In this document: positions 28,438-38,900 of the stretch, piece by piece | Layout of the letters: each line of letters begins with the position of its first letter | Numbering within the stretch: position 1 is the stretch's first letter | NCBI GenBank assembly: GCA_030834125.1 | Contig: JAURFW010000002.1 | Span: 289 to 64,288, forward strand | Direction of reading: 5' to 3' | From: Bacteroidota bacterium | Lineage (GTDB): Bacteria; Bacteroidota; Bacteroidia; NS11-12g; UBA955 | DNA: 64,000 nt | Translations under genes and position numbers: made by a program | Notes under the pieces: model-generated | Seen by the model: only the letters and a program-made list of their open reading frames with translations | What the model was told of the DNA's origin: nothing | The model's database searches: none

Positions 28438-29617
28438 AATTAAAGATCATTCTGGAATTAAGGGCAATCCGTTAGATAGATGTTCTCCAATTGAAGTAGG
28501 AGAGCTGATCAGTTTTTTAAAGAAAAATCCTAATTCAAAATATAGAATAGGTGCTGGATTGAGTGGAGTGAGTGGAGCTGCGGTTCCTTTGCACGATGAA
28601 TTATATATTGATTTTTCCAATTATAAAAAATTAAACTGGATCGATAAAAAATCTGGATTATTCAGCGCTTTTTCAGGTAATACCATGTTTGAAATAAAAA
28701 ACTTTGTGGAAAAAGAGGGTTGGGATTTCCCAATTATGCCTGGAAGTTTTGAGAAAGCAACTATTGGTGGTATGATTGCTTGTAATGGAGGGGGGCTGTT
28801 CTCTTTGAGGTATGGTAAAATTGGAAACTTTGTTCGGGAAATTGATATAGTAACTTGTTCAGGAGATAAAATGAAATTTGGTTCACAATGCAGTAAAATA
28901 TCGGAAGGACCGGATTTCTCAAAACTACTCATCGGATCTGAAGGGAGTCTCGGATTTTTAGATAAGATTACTTTACAATGTACACGATTACCCGCAATTG
29001 ATCTTTATCGAATTTCTTCAACTTCTTTTTCCAAACTTTCTGCATCTGTATGTGATTTTTTAAAGTATAATCCCATTTATTTGGAAATGGCTGAGCAAGA
29101 TGCATTGCGCTTCAGTTCAGGGGCAAATGAATCAGTTATTTGGCTTGGTTTGCAAAAAGGGATGCGGTTTTCACCTGGAAATTCAAAATTTAAAATTGAA
29201 AATATACCTCCACAAAATATAAATGAGCGTTTGGATATTGGCCGAAATTTACAGAAATATAAAAAGTTTATTGATTTAGATATAAGTTTTCCGGTTGCCC
29301 ACAGTTCAGAAATTCTTACAGAGCTTAAATTTCTTTTAAATAATTATAATGTTGAATCAATCTTTTTTGGCCACGCTGGTGATGGTAACTGGCATATTCA
29401 TATATTCTATGATAATCTCAATCCTTTTAATGAACTAATGAGTTCCGAATTCGATTTAATTCTTTTAAAATACGGAGGGCATATTAGTGGAGAACACGGC
29501 ATTGGAAGAATTCATAAAAATAGATTCATCAAATTTAAGGATGAAGGATATCAAAATCTGTATGGTGTATTTAAAAAATATCTCGATCCGAAAAATCAAT
29601 TACCCTCAATTTTCTGA
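28430..29617 (+). CDS. FAD-linked oxidase (FAD_binding_4 / GlcD-type 2-hydroxy-acid oxidase or dehydrogenase).
   Basis: 395 aa. 'YRIGAGLSGVSGAAVP' and 'KATIGGMIACNGGG' match the FAD-binding PCMH-type domain. Overlaps the upstream gene by 8 nt. Confidence 0.65.
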   Translation: MTEIKDHSGIKGNPLDRCSPIEVGELISFLKKNPNSKYRIGAGLSGVSGAAVPLHDELYIDFSNYKKLNWIDKKSGLFSAFSGNTMFEIKNFVEKEGWDFPIMPGSFEKATIGGMIACNGGGLFSLRYGKIGNFVREIDIVTCSGDKMKFGSQCSKISEGPDFSKLLIGSEGSLGFLDKITLQCTRLPAIDLYRISSTSFSKLSASVCDFLKYNPIYLEMAEQDALRFSSGANESVIWLGLQKGMRFSPGNSKFKIENIPPQNINERLDIGRNLQKYKKFIDLDISFPVAHSSEILTELKFLLNNYNVESIFFGHAGDGNWHIHIFYDNLNPFNELMSSEFDLILLKYGGHISGEHGIGRIHKNRFIKFKDEGYQNLYGVFKKYLDPKNQLPSIF

Positions 29618-30231
29618 TGAATAATTTTATCCTTTTAGAGTTTGATCATATATCAAGATTTGATTATTCAGAATTGTCTAAATTCAGTGACGATTGGTGT
29701 GAAAGTATAAAAGAACCTAAACGAAGAATGGAAAGCCAGTTGGCGAGATTATTATTAAATAAAAGTTGTATTGAACTTTTAAATAAAAATCTGAGCCAGT
29801 GTGCATTCAAAAAAGATAAATTGGGTAAGCCGTTTCTTGAGAATTATCCGAAATACCATATTTCAATTTCTCATTGCAATGGATATGTTTGGACTGGAAT
29901 TTCAAACTCACCAATTGGAATTGATTTTGAAAAGATTGAATTAGAATGTATAGAGGATTTACGAATAGCATTTGATAATGAAGACTGGCAGAATATTTCC
30001 CATAATCCGGAATTGATTTTTGAATATTTTTCTCTCAAAGAATCATATTTAAAAATGTTGGGTATTGGGTTTACAAAAGAGCCATCGGAGATAAGAAATT
30101 ATACACTAAAAGATAACATTTATTCAGAACTATTTGATACCTCAAATCAGAAATTTATTTTTACTTTGATAATAAAAAATTTTAAACCTAGCCATTATAT
30201 TAAATCCAACCAAATATTCTCAAAATTATAA
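29617..30231 (+). CDS. Sfp-type 4'-phosphopantetheinyl transferase.
   Basis: 204 aa. 'LGKPFL', 'ISISHCNGYV', 'GIDFEKIE' and 'FSLKESYLKMLGIGF' match PPTase motifs P1a/P2/P3. Confidence 0.8.
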   Translation: MNNFILLEFDHISRFDYSELSKFSDDWCESIKEPKRRMESQLARLLLNKSCIELLNKNLSQCAFKKDKLGKPFLENYPKYHISISHCNGYVWTGISNSPIGIDFEKIELECIEDLRIAFDNEDWQNISHNPELIFEYFSLKESYLKMLGIGFTKEPSEIRNYTLKDNIYSELFDTSNQKFIFTLIIKNFKPSHYIKSNQIFSKL

Positions 30232-30232
30232 A

Positions 30233-30997
30233 ATGAACAATAATAACCTTAAGGATTATTTAGAGAGAGGATTTGTATTTTTTGATAATTATACCGTTAC
30301 CATAACGGAAGATCTTGAAAACAAAATTACGGGATCAGCACATTCGGTTAAGTTTTATGAATCTGATGGTGAAACTATCAGATCCTTTTATGGGTTTCAT
30401 AGGGATACCCATATCAAGGAATGGATTCAGCTACAAAAGCCGATACAAGAAATTTGTAAAAAAATATATCCAAATGAAGATATTTATATTCATCAGTCAA
30501 AAGTAAATATCAAAAACACCATAGAAAGTTCAGTTTGGCCATTTCATCGTGATTTCCCATTTTGGAATGTTTTTGATGGTATTGCTGATAATAGGCTGTT
30601 GAATGTAGTAATATTTATGGATGATGTAAATGAAGATAATGGCGCATTAAGTTTTATACCAGGGAGCCAAAAGTACTTTCTTGAAAGGGAAAAAGAATTT
30701 GCAAAACAGGGCTACAGTTTGGAAGGTTCGGCTTCGAATAATTTAAATTTTGATTTTAATCAATATGAAGTTGAAGCATTCAAACTTAAATTTGGAAATG
30801 AACTAATAACTGGTCCTAAAGGGTCGATTGTAATATTTAACCCAAATTTAGTGCACGGATCATCTTTTTCGACTCAAGATTTTAGCAGAAAATTAATGTT
30901 ACTCACTATTAATGTTTGTACCAATAAGCCTAAAATTCCAGCTATCCGCCCCGATTATTTATGTTCAACAGACTTTTCCCCGATAAAGTGGAATTAA
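30233..30997 (+). CDS. PhyH-family Fe(II)/2-oxoglutarate-dependent dioxygenase, a candidate amino-acid hydroxylase.
   Basis: 254 aa. 'VWPFHRDF' (H-x-D) and a distal 'NPNLVHGSS' His. Its stop is 6 nt before the NRPS-1 ATG. Confidence 0.65.
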   Translation: MNNNNLKDYLERGFVFFDNYTVTITEDLENKITGSAHSVKFYESDGETIRSFYGFHRDTHIKEWIQLQKPIQEICKKIYPNEDIYIHQSKVNIKNTIESSVWPFHRDFPFWNVFDGIADNRLLNVVIFMDDVNEDNGALSFIPGSQKYFLEREKEFAKQGYSLEGSASNNLNFDFNQYEVEAFKLKFGNELITGPKGSIVIFNPNLVHGSSFSTQDFSRKLMLLTINVCTNKPKIPAIRPDYLCSTDFSPIKWN

Positions 30998-31002
30998 AAG
31001 AA

Positions 31003-34000
31003 ATGAATCATAAAGAATATTGGTTAGCCTATTTGGAAATGATTCCAAAATTTTCATATGAATCCTTTTACACTGAAGAGCAAATAACAGAAAATATAGT
31101 GCTACCTGAAAGTTTGTCTAGATTATCTAAAATGAATAGTCACAACGCACAACTTTTACTAGCCGTAAGTATTTCAAAGTTGTTTAGTTTAAAAAATATT
31201 TTTGAAAACGTTTCTATAGAATTAGTTAACCAATATATTCCACTTCCAGATTGCAACGAACAAATTCTGAGTGATGCAGCCAAGAATGTTTTGACTAATT
31301 TTCGGCAACATTTAAATAATTTACCGGCAATTGAATTTCAGCCTTCATTAATAAACTTCTATCAACACGAGGCTAACAGGAAATCATTAATTAATTTCAA
31401 AATTGATGAATCCTTGAGCAAGTTGCAAGTGTTGATGCCGTCCAATTTTAAAACATTCGTAAATCTACTTTTCAAAGAAACATTCGATTTACTCGAAACC
31501 ATAGGAACCAATAAAGGAATTTCATTTTCTGATACACTCTTAAAGGAGTTTAATGGGATAAGCAGAAATAAGCTGCCAGAAATAGTTGAAAAATGCTGGC
31601 CAGAGATTCATGATTTCCCTTTAAAGCCCGAATTAAGTTACCTTGAAAATGGCGGAGATTCTATACAGGCAATTCGGTTACTTTCAAGGTTGCAGCGTGA
31701 TGGTTATTTTTCTGATCTCAGTAGCCTTATTAATTCAAAAAGTATTTTGGATTGGAAAATTGAATATCGAGGCGTTAGTAATTTATTACCAGATTCTAAT
31801 TTACGGACTTATCCACTTTCTGCAACTCAGAAATTAATTTGGGAAGATTGGTCTTCCTTAAACCAATTACATATTTACCATGAGCAGTTTCTTTTCAAAT
31901 TAGACAAATGTCCAACTTATGAAGTTATAAAATCTGCTTATGAATATATTTGGCAAAAATATCCGCAATTAAGGGTCAATATAGATTATGAAGAAAATGG
32001 CTTTATACAAATTGTCCAGGAGTCTAAAGCCGATTTTAGGATTATAAAAGGGAAGGGGATAGATGAGATTTTACAAGCTGATTTATCTGAACCTTTTGGA
32101 AAAATCCTGATGCGCTGTACTTTCATTGATTTAGATAAAGATAAATACATACTTTGGTCTCATCATCATGTTCTTCTTGATGGTTGGAGTGTAGGTAAAC
32201 TAATTGCTGAATTTATTGAAATTATTGAACGGGGAATACCAAAATTGACTATTTCACCAAACTATCAGCAGATTTTGCTAGGTAAAGAGAATTTAATAGC
32301 TAATGAAAATGAAACTGCATATTGGGAGAGTTTTTTCAATAATAGATCAGCTCTGGCACTTCCAAAAAAATCAGCAGAAAAGGGTGAATATGAAACGTTT
32401 ATTGCAAAATTAGATAATATTGAAAATTTCCGAAGTGCTTCGGAAAAGGCAGCGGTTAGTCTTCAGAGCTATCTGCTGACACATTTTTTTCTGACAGTTT
32501 TTAGTATTAATGGAAAAAATAATACTTATTTACATAGTATATCTTCCGGAAGAAGTTTAATTCCGGAATACGCAGAAGAAGCTGTTGGCCTATTTATTAG
32601 AAACATAATTCCAGGTTTTGAAATCAAAGAAGACGATACTATACTGAGTCTTCTCCAAAATTTTCACAAAGATTTTATCAAGACGGTTGAAATGGAATTT
32701 ACTTCACCGGAATTAATAAATTCTTATCAAGAAGAGCGTCCCGATGTGCTTTTTGTTTTTGAAAACTACCCGTATCAAACTATTAAAGGCGATAAAATAA
32801 GCGGTGAATTAATTGATAATCATGAATTAACAGGCTATCCATTTAGTTTTCTAATTATGCCTCAGGATGATTGTCTAAATATAAAAATCATTTATGATAG
32901 TGGAAGATTTAGTTCAGAGTTTATTTCTACTTTCTACCATAAGTTTAGCTCACTGCTATTACATTTTAAAGCCAATCTGAACGATAAAGTTTATCAATTG
33001 GAAGATAGCCTCAATAAACTATCCATAATCAATGATAAGTTTCCATTTTGGTATGATGAGATTATTCGTAAAACGTCAAAATCAAAAAATCAAATTAGCA
33101 GTTCTAGGAGCGAAGAAAAAATTGCTTTCAATAAGATAGAAAATCTTGCTGCCAGTTTCAGTAATTATTTTAAAGATTTGCAAAAGGGCAATCGAATTGC
33201 TGTTTTTGGCGAAAAGAATGAAAAATTACCAGCAATAGCATATTCTATTATGCGAAATGGTTTTGTATATCTGCCCATTAATATTTCATGGCCTTTAGAC
33301 AGAATTAGTAAAACACTTAAACTTGCTGAATGCAGTCATATAATTATCACGGATGATTCTCCTTCATTGGAATTGCCTGATTACTTGACCATTCATAAAG
33401 ATGTTTTTAGTATAGAATCTGATATTTCAATAAATTATCGACCTGAATTGGATGATGAAGCATATTTGCTTTTTACATCAGGATCAAGTGGCATGCCAAA
33501 GGGGGTAAGCCTTAGCCATAAAAATCTATCCTCATTTCTAGATGCTTGTACTGAATATTGTGACCCAAACAATTATGAATTAATTTTTAGTTTTACTAAT
33601 ATCGGTTTTGACCTCTCAATTTTTGAAAATTTATATGGATTGTATTCCGATAAGTCAATTCATGTCATTCATAAACCAATTCATTTGTGGGAAGAATTAC
33701 AAAAGTTTAATGGAATATTGCTAAATACAGTACCTTCTGTAATTATTAATCTGAAAAGGGAAGAAATAAAAAATATTTCTGTTTTACATACAGCAGGAGA
33801 ACCTTTTAGAAATTCTGCCTGGGAACTTTTAAAAGAAGGAAATCCAAACATAAAAATTTTCAATTGGTATGGACCTACTGAAACAACTACTTATTCCACG
33901 TGTGTAGATTTAAGTGATGCATACTCAGCTTCTATCGGTAAAGCTCTTAAACACGAACTTATATTTATAACCGATGCATTGGGACTTAAACAAATGGATG

Positions 34001-35937
34001 GATTGGATGGAGAAATAATTATTGGTGGAGAAGGTGTTGGAAGATATTTAATTAATGAAAATGAGAAATTCCTTTGCAAATCGGAACTCAATTTTTACCG
34101 AACTGGAGATAGAGCCTTAAGAAAAAATGGACAAATTTATCTGAGGGGTAGAGAAGATCGCCAAGTGAAAAGATTAGGCCAAAGATTCGAACTTTCAGAA
34201 ATTGAACTTTGGATTATAGCCAATTATAATCAAATAAAAAGAGTGTATTACTACAAAAGTAAAGATGAACAATTTTTACTTTTTCTTGAGACAGAAGTGC
34301 TAAAAGAAGCAGAAATAAAAACAGCACTTAGTAATCAATTTCCGGATTATATGTTACCAGAATTGATTAAAATAATGCCATCATTCCCTGAAAATGATAA
34401 TGGGAAAATGGATATCGGACAAATGTTGAAATCAATTGACAAGATTGATAATGCGGCCAAATCAGACTCTAAATTGCTTGCCTCTTTGAAGCAAAAAGAT
34501 GGTCTTTTCAAATCATTGAATGGTAACTTAAGTTTTACATCACAAGGAGGGGATTCAATCTTAGGGCTTAGAATCATAAGCAAATTGAAAAAAATGGGCT
34601 ATCGAATTGAGATTTCAGACCTACTAAATGCTGAAAGTCTTAATGAATGTTTCAGTAAACTTAGAATTGAAGAAATAACTACATCTTCTATTACAGAAGA
34701 TTTAGTTTTATTAAGCCCTATTCAGAAGTGGTTCAAGGAAGATTACAAAGGAAATCTAAATCATTTTAATCAAAGTGTTTTGCTTGAGCTTTTCATCCCA
34801 TTAAGTACCGAAGAGATTTTTACAAAGGTTAAAATTTGTTTCAATTCAATAGATCTTTTAAAAAGAAGTTTTAATAGTAAATGGGAAGAAGCCCAATCTC
34901 CAATTTTTCAAATTATTAATATTCAAGATCATACAGATATAACTGCTCATTGTGAAATACTTCAAAGATCTTTCAATTTGATCGATGGCCCCGTTGCTGC
35001 AATTGCCATTTTTAAAAGTCCTAATAGTGTTTTCCTTTTTATTAGTATACATCATTTTTACTGTGATGGAATCACTTGGAGGATTTTGATGGATCGTTTA
35101 CAAGATTCACTTACAGGAATCGAAAGTAGTCAAACTGATATTCAGGTTTTCGGAAGGGTCCAAGCAGCATGTAGAGATTTTGGTCAATTAGATGAAAAAG
35201 ACAATTATTATCCCAATATAATTTCCAATCCATTTCAGAATTTACAAGTTTGTTCGTACAAACAGTCAGAATTTAGAAACATTGAGTGGAACGCAAATCG
35301 AAGCAATCATTTTTTAAAAAATTGGAATAAAGAACATACTGTAAATGAAAAATTTGTGAGCTTTTTTCTACATAGTTGGTTAAGAGCTAAACAACCAAAA
35401 ACCGCAATTTTTTTAGAAACTCACGGTAGACAATATTCGGGAATTCCGGAAATTACAGAATCTATTGGTTGGTTTACCCAGTTTTATATGTTGAGCGAAA
35501 ATGACTATCCTTCACAAAAAAATGAAATCAATCATTACGTTAAGCAAAGTTTCTCGAAACTACCAAATAATGGTCTAGGCTATATGGGCATGAGTAATTG
35601 GCAAACCCCCCCATTCCCTATTTTACTAAATTTCCTAGGCAGTTTTGATGAAAACTGGAATTCTATGGCAAGACCGGTAAATTTTGATGAAAGTAATCAA
35701 GTCGATCCCGATAATCCTATGTTAGCTTTTGTTGAAATAAATGGAATTATACTCGAAGGAAAAATAAGATGGATGTTTAGAACTCATCCTGAAGTCCCAA
35801 TTGATTTATTTGTTGCAGAATGGGAAAAATCAGCTATTGATTTACTTTCTAGCGATTCAGATATATACAGTAACGAGAATATTGATAAGGATGACATAGA
35901 CAAAATATCTCAAATACTCAATATTCCTGATTTATGA
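31003..35937 (+). CDS. NRPS protein 1. An unassigned ~200-aa N-terminal region, then T - C - A - T - E.
   Basis: The ORF track has 30961..35937; the likely start is the ATG at 31003. T0 'LENGGDSIQAIRL' (~31651). C 'HHHVLLDGWS' (32161-32190). A: A2-like 'RNGFVYLPIN', A3 'LFTSGSSGMPKGV' (~33469), A4 'FDLS', A5 'NWYGPTETTTYST', A7 'YRTGDRA', A8 'GREDRQVKRLGQRFELSEIE', A10 'NGKMD'. T1 'QGGDSILGLRI' (~34543). E domain 'PIQKWF', 'HHFYCDG' (35050-35070), 'ETHGRQ' (~35416). Acidic C-terminal tail. Confidence 0.9.
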   Translation: MNHKEYWLAYLEMIPKFSYESFYTEEQITENIVLPESLSRLSKMNSHNAQLLLAVSISKLFSLKNIFENVSIELVNQYIPLPDCNEQILSDAAKNVLTNFRQHLNNLPAIEFQPSLINFYQHEANRKSLINFKIDESLSKLQVLMPSNFKTFVNLLFKETFDLLETIGTNKGISFSDTLLKEFNGISRNKLPEIVEKCWPEIHDFPLKPELSYLENGGDSIQAIRLLSRLQRDGYFSDLSSLINSKSILDWKIEYRGVSNLLPDSNLRTYPLSATQKLIWEDWSSLNQLHIYHEQFLFKLDKCPTYEVIKSAYEYIWQKYPQLRVNIDYEENGFIQIVQESKADFRIIKGKGIDEILQADLSEPFGKILMRCTFIDLDKDKYILWSHHHVLLDGWSVGKLIAEFIEIIERGIPKLTISPNYQQILLGKENLIANENETAYWESFFNNRSALALPKKSAEKGEYETFIAKLDNIENFRSASEKAAVSLQSYLLTHFFLTVFSINGKNNTYLHSISSGRSLIPEYAEEAVGLFIRNIIPGFEIKEDDTILSLLQNFHKDFIKTVEMEFTSPELINSYQEERPDVLFVFENYPYQTIKGDKISGELIDNHELTGYPFSFLIMPQDDCLNIKIIYDSGRFSSEFISTFYHKFSSLLLHFKANLNDKVYQLEDSLNKLSIINDKFPFWYDEIIRKTSKSKNQISSSRSEEKIAFNKIENLAASFSNYFKDLQKGNRIAVFGEKNEKLPAIAYSIMRNGFVYLPINISWPLDRISKTLKLAECSHIIITDDSPSLELPDYLTIHKDVFSIESDISINYRPELDDEAYLLFTSGSSGMPKGVSLSHKNLSSFLDACTEYCDPNNYELIFSFTNIGFDLSIFENLYGLYSDKSIHVIHKPIHLWEELQKFNGILLNTVPSVIINLKREEIKNISVLHTAGEPFRNSAWELLKEGNPNIKIFNWYGPTETTTYSTCVDLSDAYSASIGKALKHELIFITDALGLKQMDGLDGEIIIGGEGVGRYLINENEKFLCKSELNFYRTGDRALRKNGQIYLRGREDRQVKRLGQRFELSEIELWIIANYNQIKRVYYYKSKDEQFLLFLETEVLKEAEIKTALSNQFPDYMLPELIKIMPSFPENDNGKMDIGQMLKSIDKIDNAAKSDSKLLASLKQKDGLFKSLNGNLSFTSQGGDSILGLRIISKLKKMGYRIEISDLLNAESLNECFSKLRIEEITTSSITEDLVLLSPIQKWFKEDYKGNLNHFNQSVLLELFIPLSTEEIFTKVKICFNSIDLLKRSFNSKWEEAQSPIFQIINIQDHTDITAHCEILQRSFNLIDGPVAAIAIFKSPNSVFLFISIHHFYCDGITWRILMDRLQDSLTGIESSQTDIQVFGRVQAACRDFGQLDEKDNYYPNIISNPFQNLQVCSYKQSEFRNIEWNANRSNHFLKNWNKEHTVNEKFVSFFLHSWLRAKQPKTAIFLETHGRQYSGIPEITESIGWFTQFYMLSENDYPSQKNEINHYVKQSFSKLPNNGLGYMGMSNWQTPPFPILLNFLGSFDENWNSMARPVNFDESNQVDPDNPMLAFVEINGIILEGKIRWMFRTHPEVPIDLFVAEWEKSAIDLLSSDSDIYSNENIDKDDIDKISQILNIPDL

Positions 35938-38900
35938 GAAAAGAGGATATTTTATCAATAGTTCCGTTATTACCCGCTCAGCAATATATGCTTGCTGCAT
36001 CTGTAAAAGATGGGCAATCGACCTATATTCAACAATTGGTTTTCAAGGTAAGGAATTATGACGGTAAAGCTATTGAAGAATCAATAAACAAGTTAGTTCA
36101 AAATTATGAGTGTTTTCGTTCTTTAATTCTTTTTGAAGGATTAAAACAGGCTGTTTGGGTGAGTATTAAAAATATCACTCCCAAATTCATATATCATCAA
36201 ATTAATGAAGCGGAATTGGATGAATTCTGTAAAAACAGACTTGAGCAAGGCTTTAAGTTGGATAAGGAAGTAGCTATGAAATTAGATTGGATTGAGAGCC
36301 AATCAGATAATTACCTTCTCATCACATATCATCATCTTCTATTTGACGGTTGGGGGCGTCAAAAAATTTTGAGTGAGGTGCTTTTTGCGCTTAAATTTCC
36401 CAGAGCCTCCATTAAGCCAAAACTGAATATTAATTGGTATGAAGCATGGAAACAACTCAATCATAATGAGGCTTTAAATGCATATAATACCTACCTAACA
36501 AGGTTTGATACTTTTGCAAGTCTTACACAACTAGGCCAAGGTCAAAATAAAAACTGCACACATTCCATCTCAATTGAGGAGATTCAAATTTCGAAAGCCG
36601 CAAGAAATCTAAATTTAACTCAGGCGGAATATGTTCTTTTTTCATGGGCTTGCTTTATTTCAAAATGGACAAATACAAGCAAAGTGCAATTGGGACAAAT
36701 TAAACAAAATGGCCTGATTGATAGTTGCAGAGATGGTTTTGGTCTGGGTATTCAAACCCTCCCATTTCAATTGGATATTGACTTTAATGTTACTATTGCA
36801 GAAACATTAAAAGTATTCAAACAAAGAGAGCGCAAACTAACAGATTACAGCTTTGTTGATACTACCAATGAAATTTTCCAACAGATTACTTACGATTTCA
36901 TTATTGCCTTTGAAAATTATCCAATAGAAAATTCATTGGTTGATTTTGAACATGATTTTATATTAATAAAAAATTATGATTTCTCTGAATTTCCACTCAG
37001 TTTGGCTATTAGTCCAAATAATGGAAAATTAATTTTTGACTGGCATTATAATCAAAAACAATATTGTCAAAGACAGATTGAAACGGTTGCTAAACATTTT
37101 ATTGAGTGCCTTGAAAAATTGCCGGTGAATATTGATTCTAGACTATGCAATTTGCGATTTTGGGAACCGAAACCTATACCACAATTCAAAATTAAAACAT
37201 CTCAAGAAGATTTTTTTTCAAGGATTGAGAAACATATTATTCAGGGGGGAAGAGAAGAACTCTACATTCAGCTCAAGAAATATTTTCAAAAATATAATAT
37301 AAATAGAGTTTGGATTATTGGTGACAAGCATAGCAATTCAGATTTACTCATATGTGCAGCTTGGTATTGCAAAATTGAAGTTTTAAGTCTTAATGAAAAA
37401 GAGTCCGCAGCATTCGTAATGCACCTTCATGATGAGTATTCCGCTGATCTGATTTTTACAAATGTCTCACCTTCTAGTTTTCCAAAAGCCATTTCAATGG
37501 ATTGTTTGGATAACCTACCAGAAAATCCGAATTCGAAATTATCAAAAAAATCGGATGTGGCACTTTCTATTTGTACTTCAGGATCAACAGGTAGGCCAAA
37601 GGTAGTTCAACTGAATTTAGAAAATTTAATTGCTTTTTTTGAAGCATGGGAAAAGAAATTACCTTGGAAATCAAACGAAGTTTTTGCTTCAATCGCGCAC
37701 CCTGCCTTTGATATTGGAGTAGCCGAACTTATTTTCCCACTATGGAAAGGTTTTCAAACAAAACTTATTTCAAAGGAGACGTTGTCAGATCCTATATTGC
37801 TAAATAGAGAATTACATGATGTAACAGCCTTTCATATGGTTCCTTCTTTGCTTGAGAACTGGATAGAAAATTCTCCGGCAGATAATAAAAATAGAATTGT
37901 GATGACAGGGGGGGATAAAGTGCCTTCGAATTTGCAATCTAAACTATCAAAGAAATTTCCAAACGTTCGACTATTTCAATTTTACGGGCCATCGGAATGT
38001 TCAGTTTTATCTTCTGGATTTGAAAATACAGGAGATTTTGAAAATCACTTTTCTCCTTTAGGTACAAATTTTGATCACTGCGAACTTTTTGTTTTTTCAA
38101 AAGATATTAATCAGTCTGCCCCTTTTCAAGAGGGAGAAATAATTGTTTGTGGTCCAGCTGTTGGTTTGGGTTATGCTTTCGATAATGAGGATAATAAGTT
38201 TTTCTATTACAAAGGGCAAAAGGCCTACAGGACAGGAGATTTCGGATTTTTTGATGAAAATGGGAACTTGTTTTTCAGAGGCAGAAAAGATAATCAAATA
38301 AAAATCAATGGTCAGCGAATTGAACTTTCCAGGATTGAAACTGCTTTATCAGAATGGTCGTCAATTGAACATTGGGTTACTGTCAGTGATGGATTTAAAC
38401 TTTTTGCATTTGCCAAATCTGAAAAATCAAAGATTGAGAAACGTAGACAGGATTTACAAAATTGGTTGCCTTTTTATGCAATGCCGCATTTAATCCACTA
38501 TGTGAATGAATTTCCACTCAATAAGAATGGCAAATTAGACCGGCAACAATTAATTGAGTTAGGTAAAAAATTAGTTAATGTAAATATAGATTCAGCAATA
38601 GATGCTGATATTGATTTGTTATTCAAGGAACTTTTTCCAAATAGAGTTATAAATACAGCACTTTCTTGGTATGCTAATGGATTAAACTCGATAGATGCTC
38701 TTAAATTTTCTGGTTTGCTTAAGTCAAAACTGAAATTTACTATTGAAATAAATCAAATCCTTAGTATTGAAAGACTCACATCATTGAATTCATTAAAAAT
38801 TAAAGTTAATGATGAACCAGAAGAAATCACTATCAAGCCAGGTCAGGAGCTTTATTCAACAGCTGCAAGGATTGTATTTCTATCGGAATCAGATGATCAA

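Noticed and set aside
30961-31002. An alternative upstream start for NRPS-1 that overlaps the PhyH gene by 37 nt.
   Set aside because: The ATG at 31003 lies 6 nt after the PhyH stop and gives a cleaner junction. The extra 14 residues carry no motif. The longer form is retained as a possibility in the evidence.
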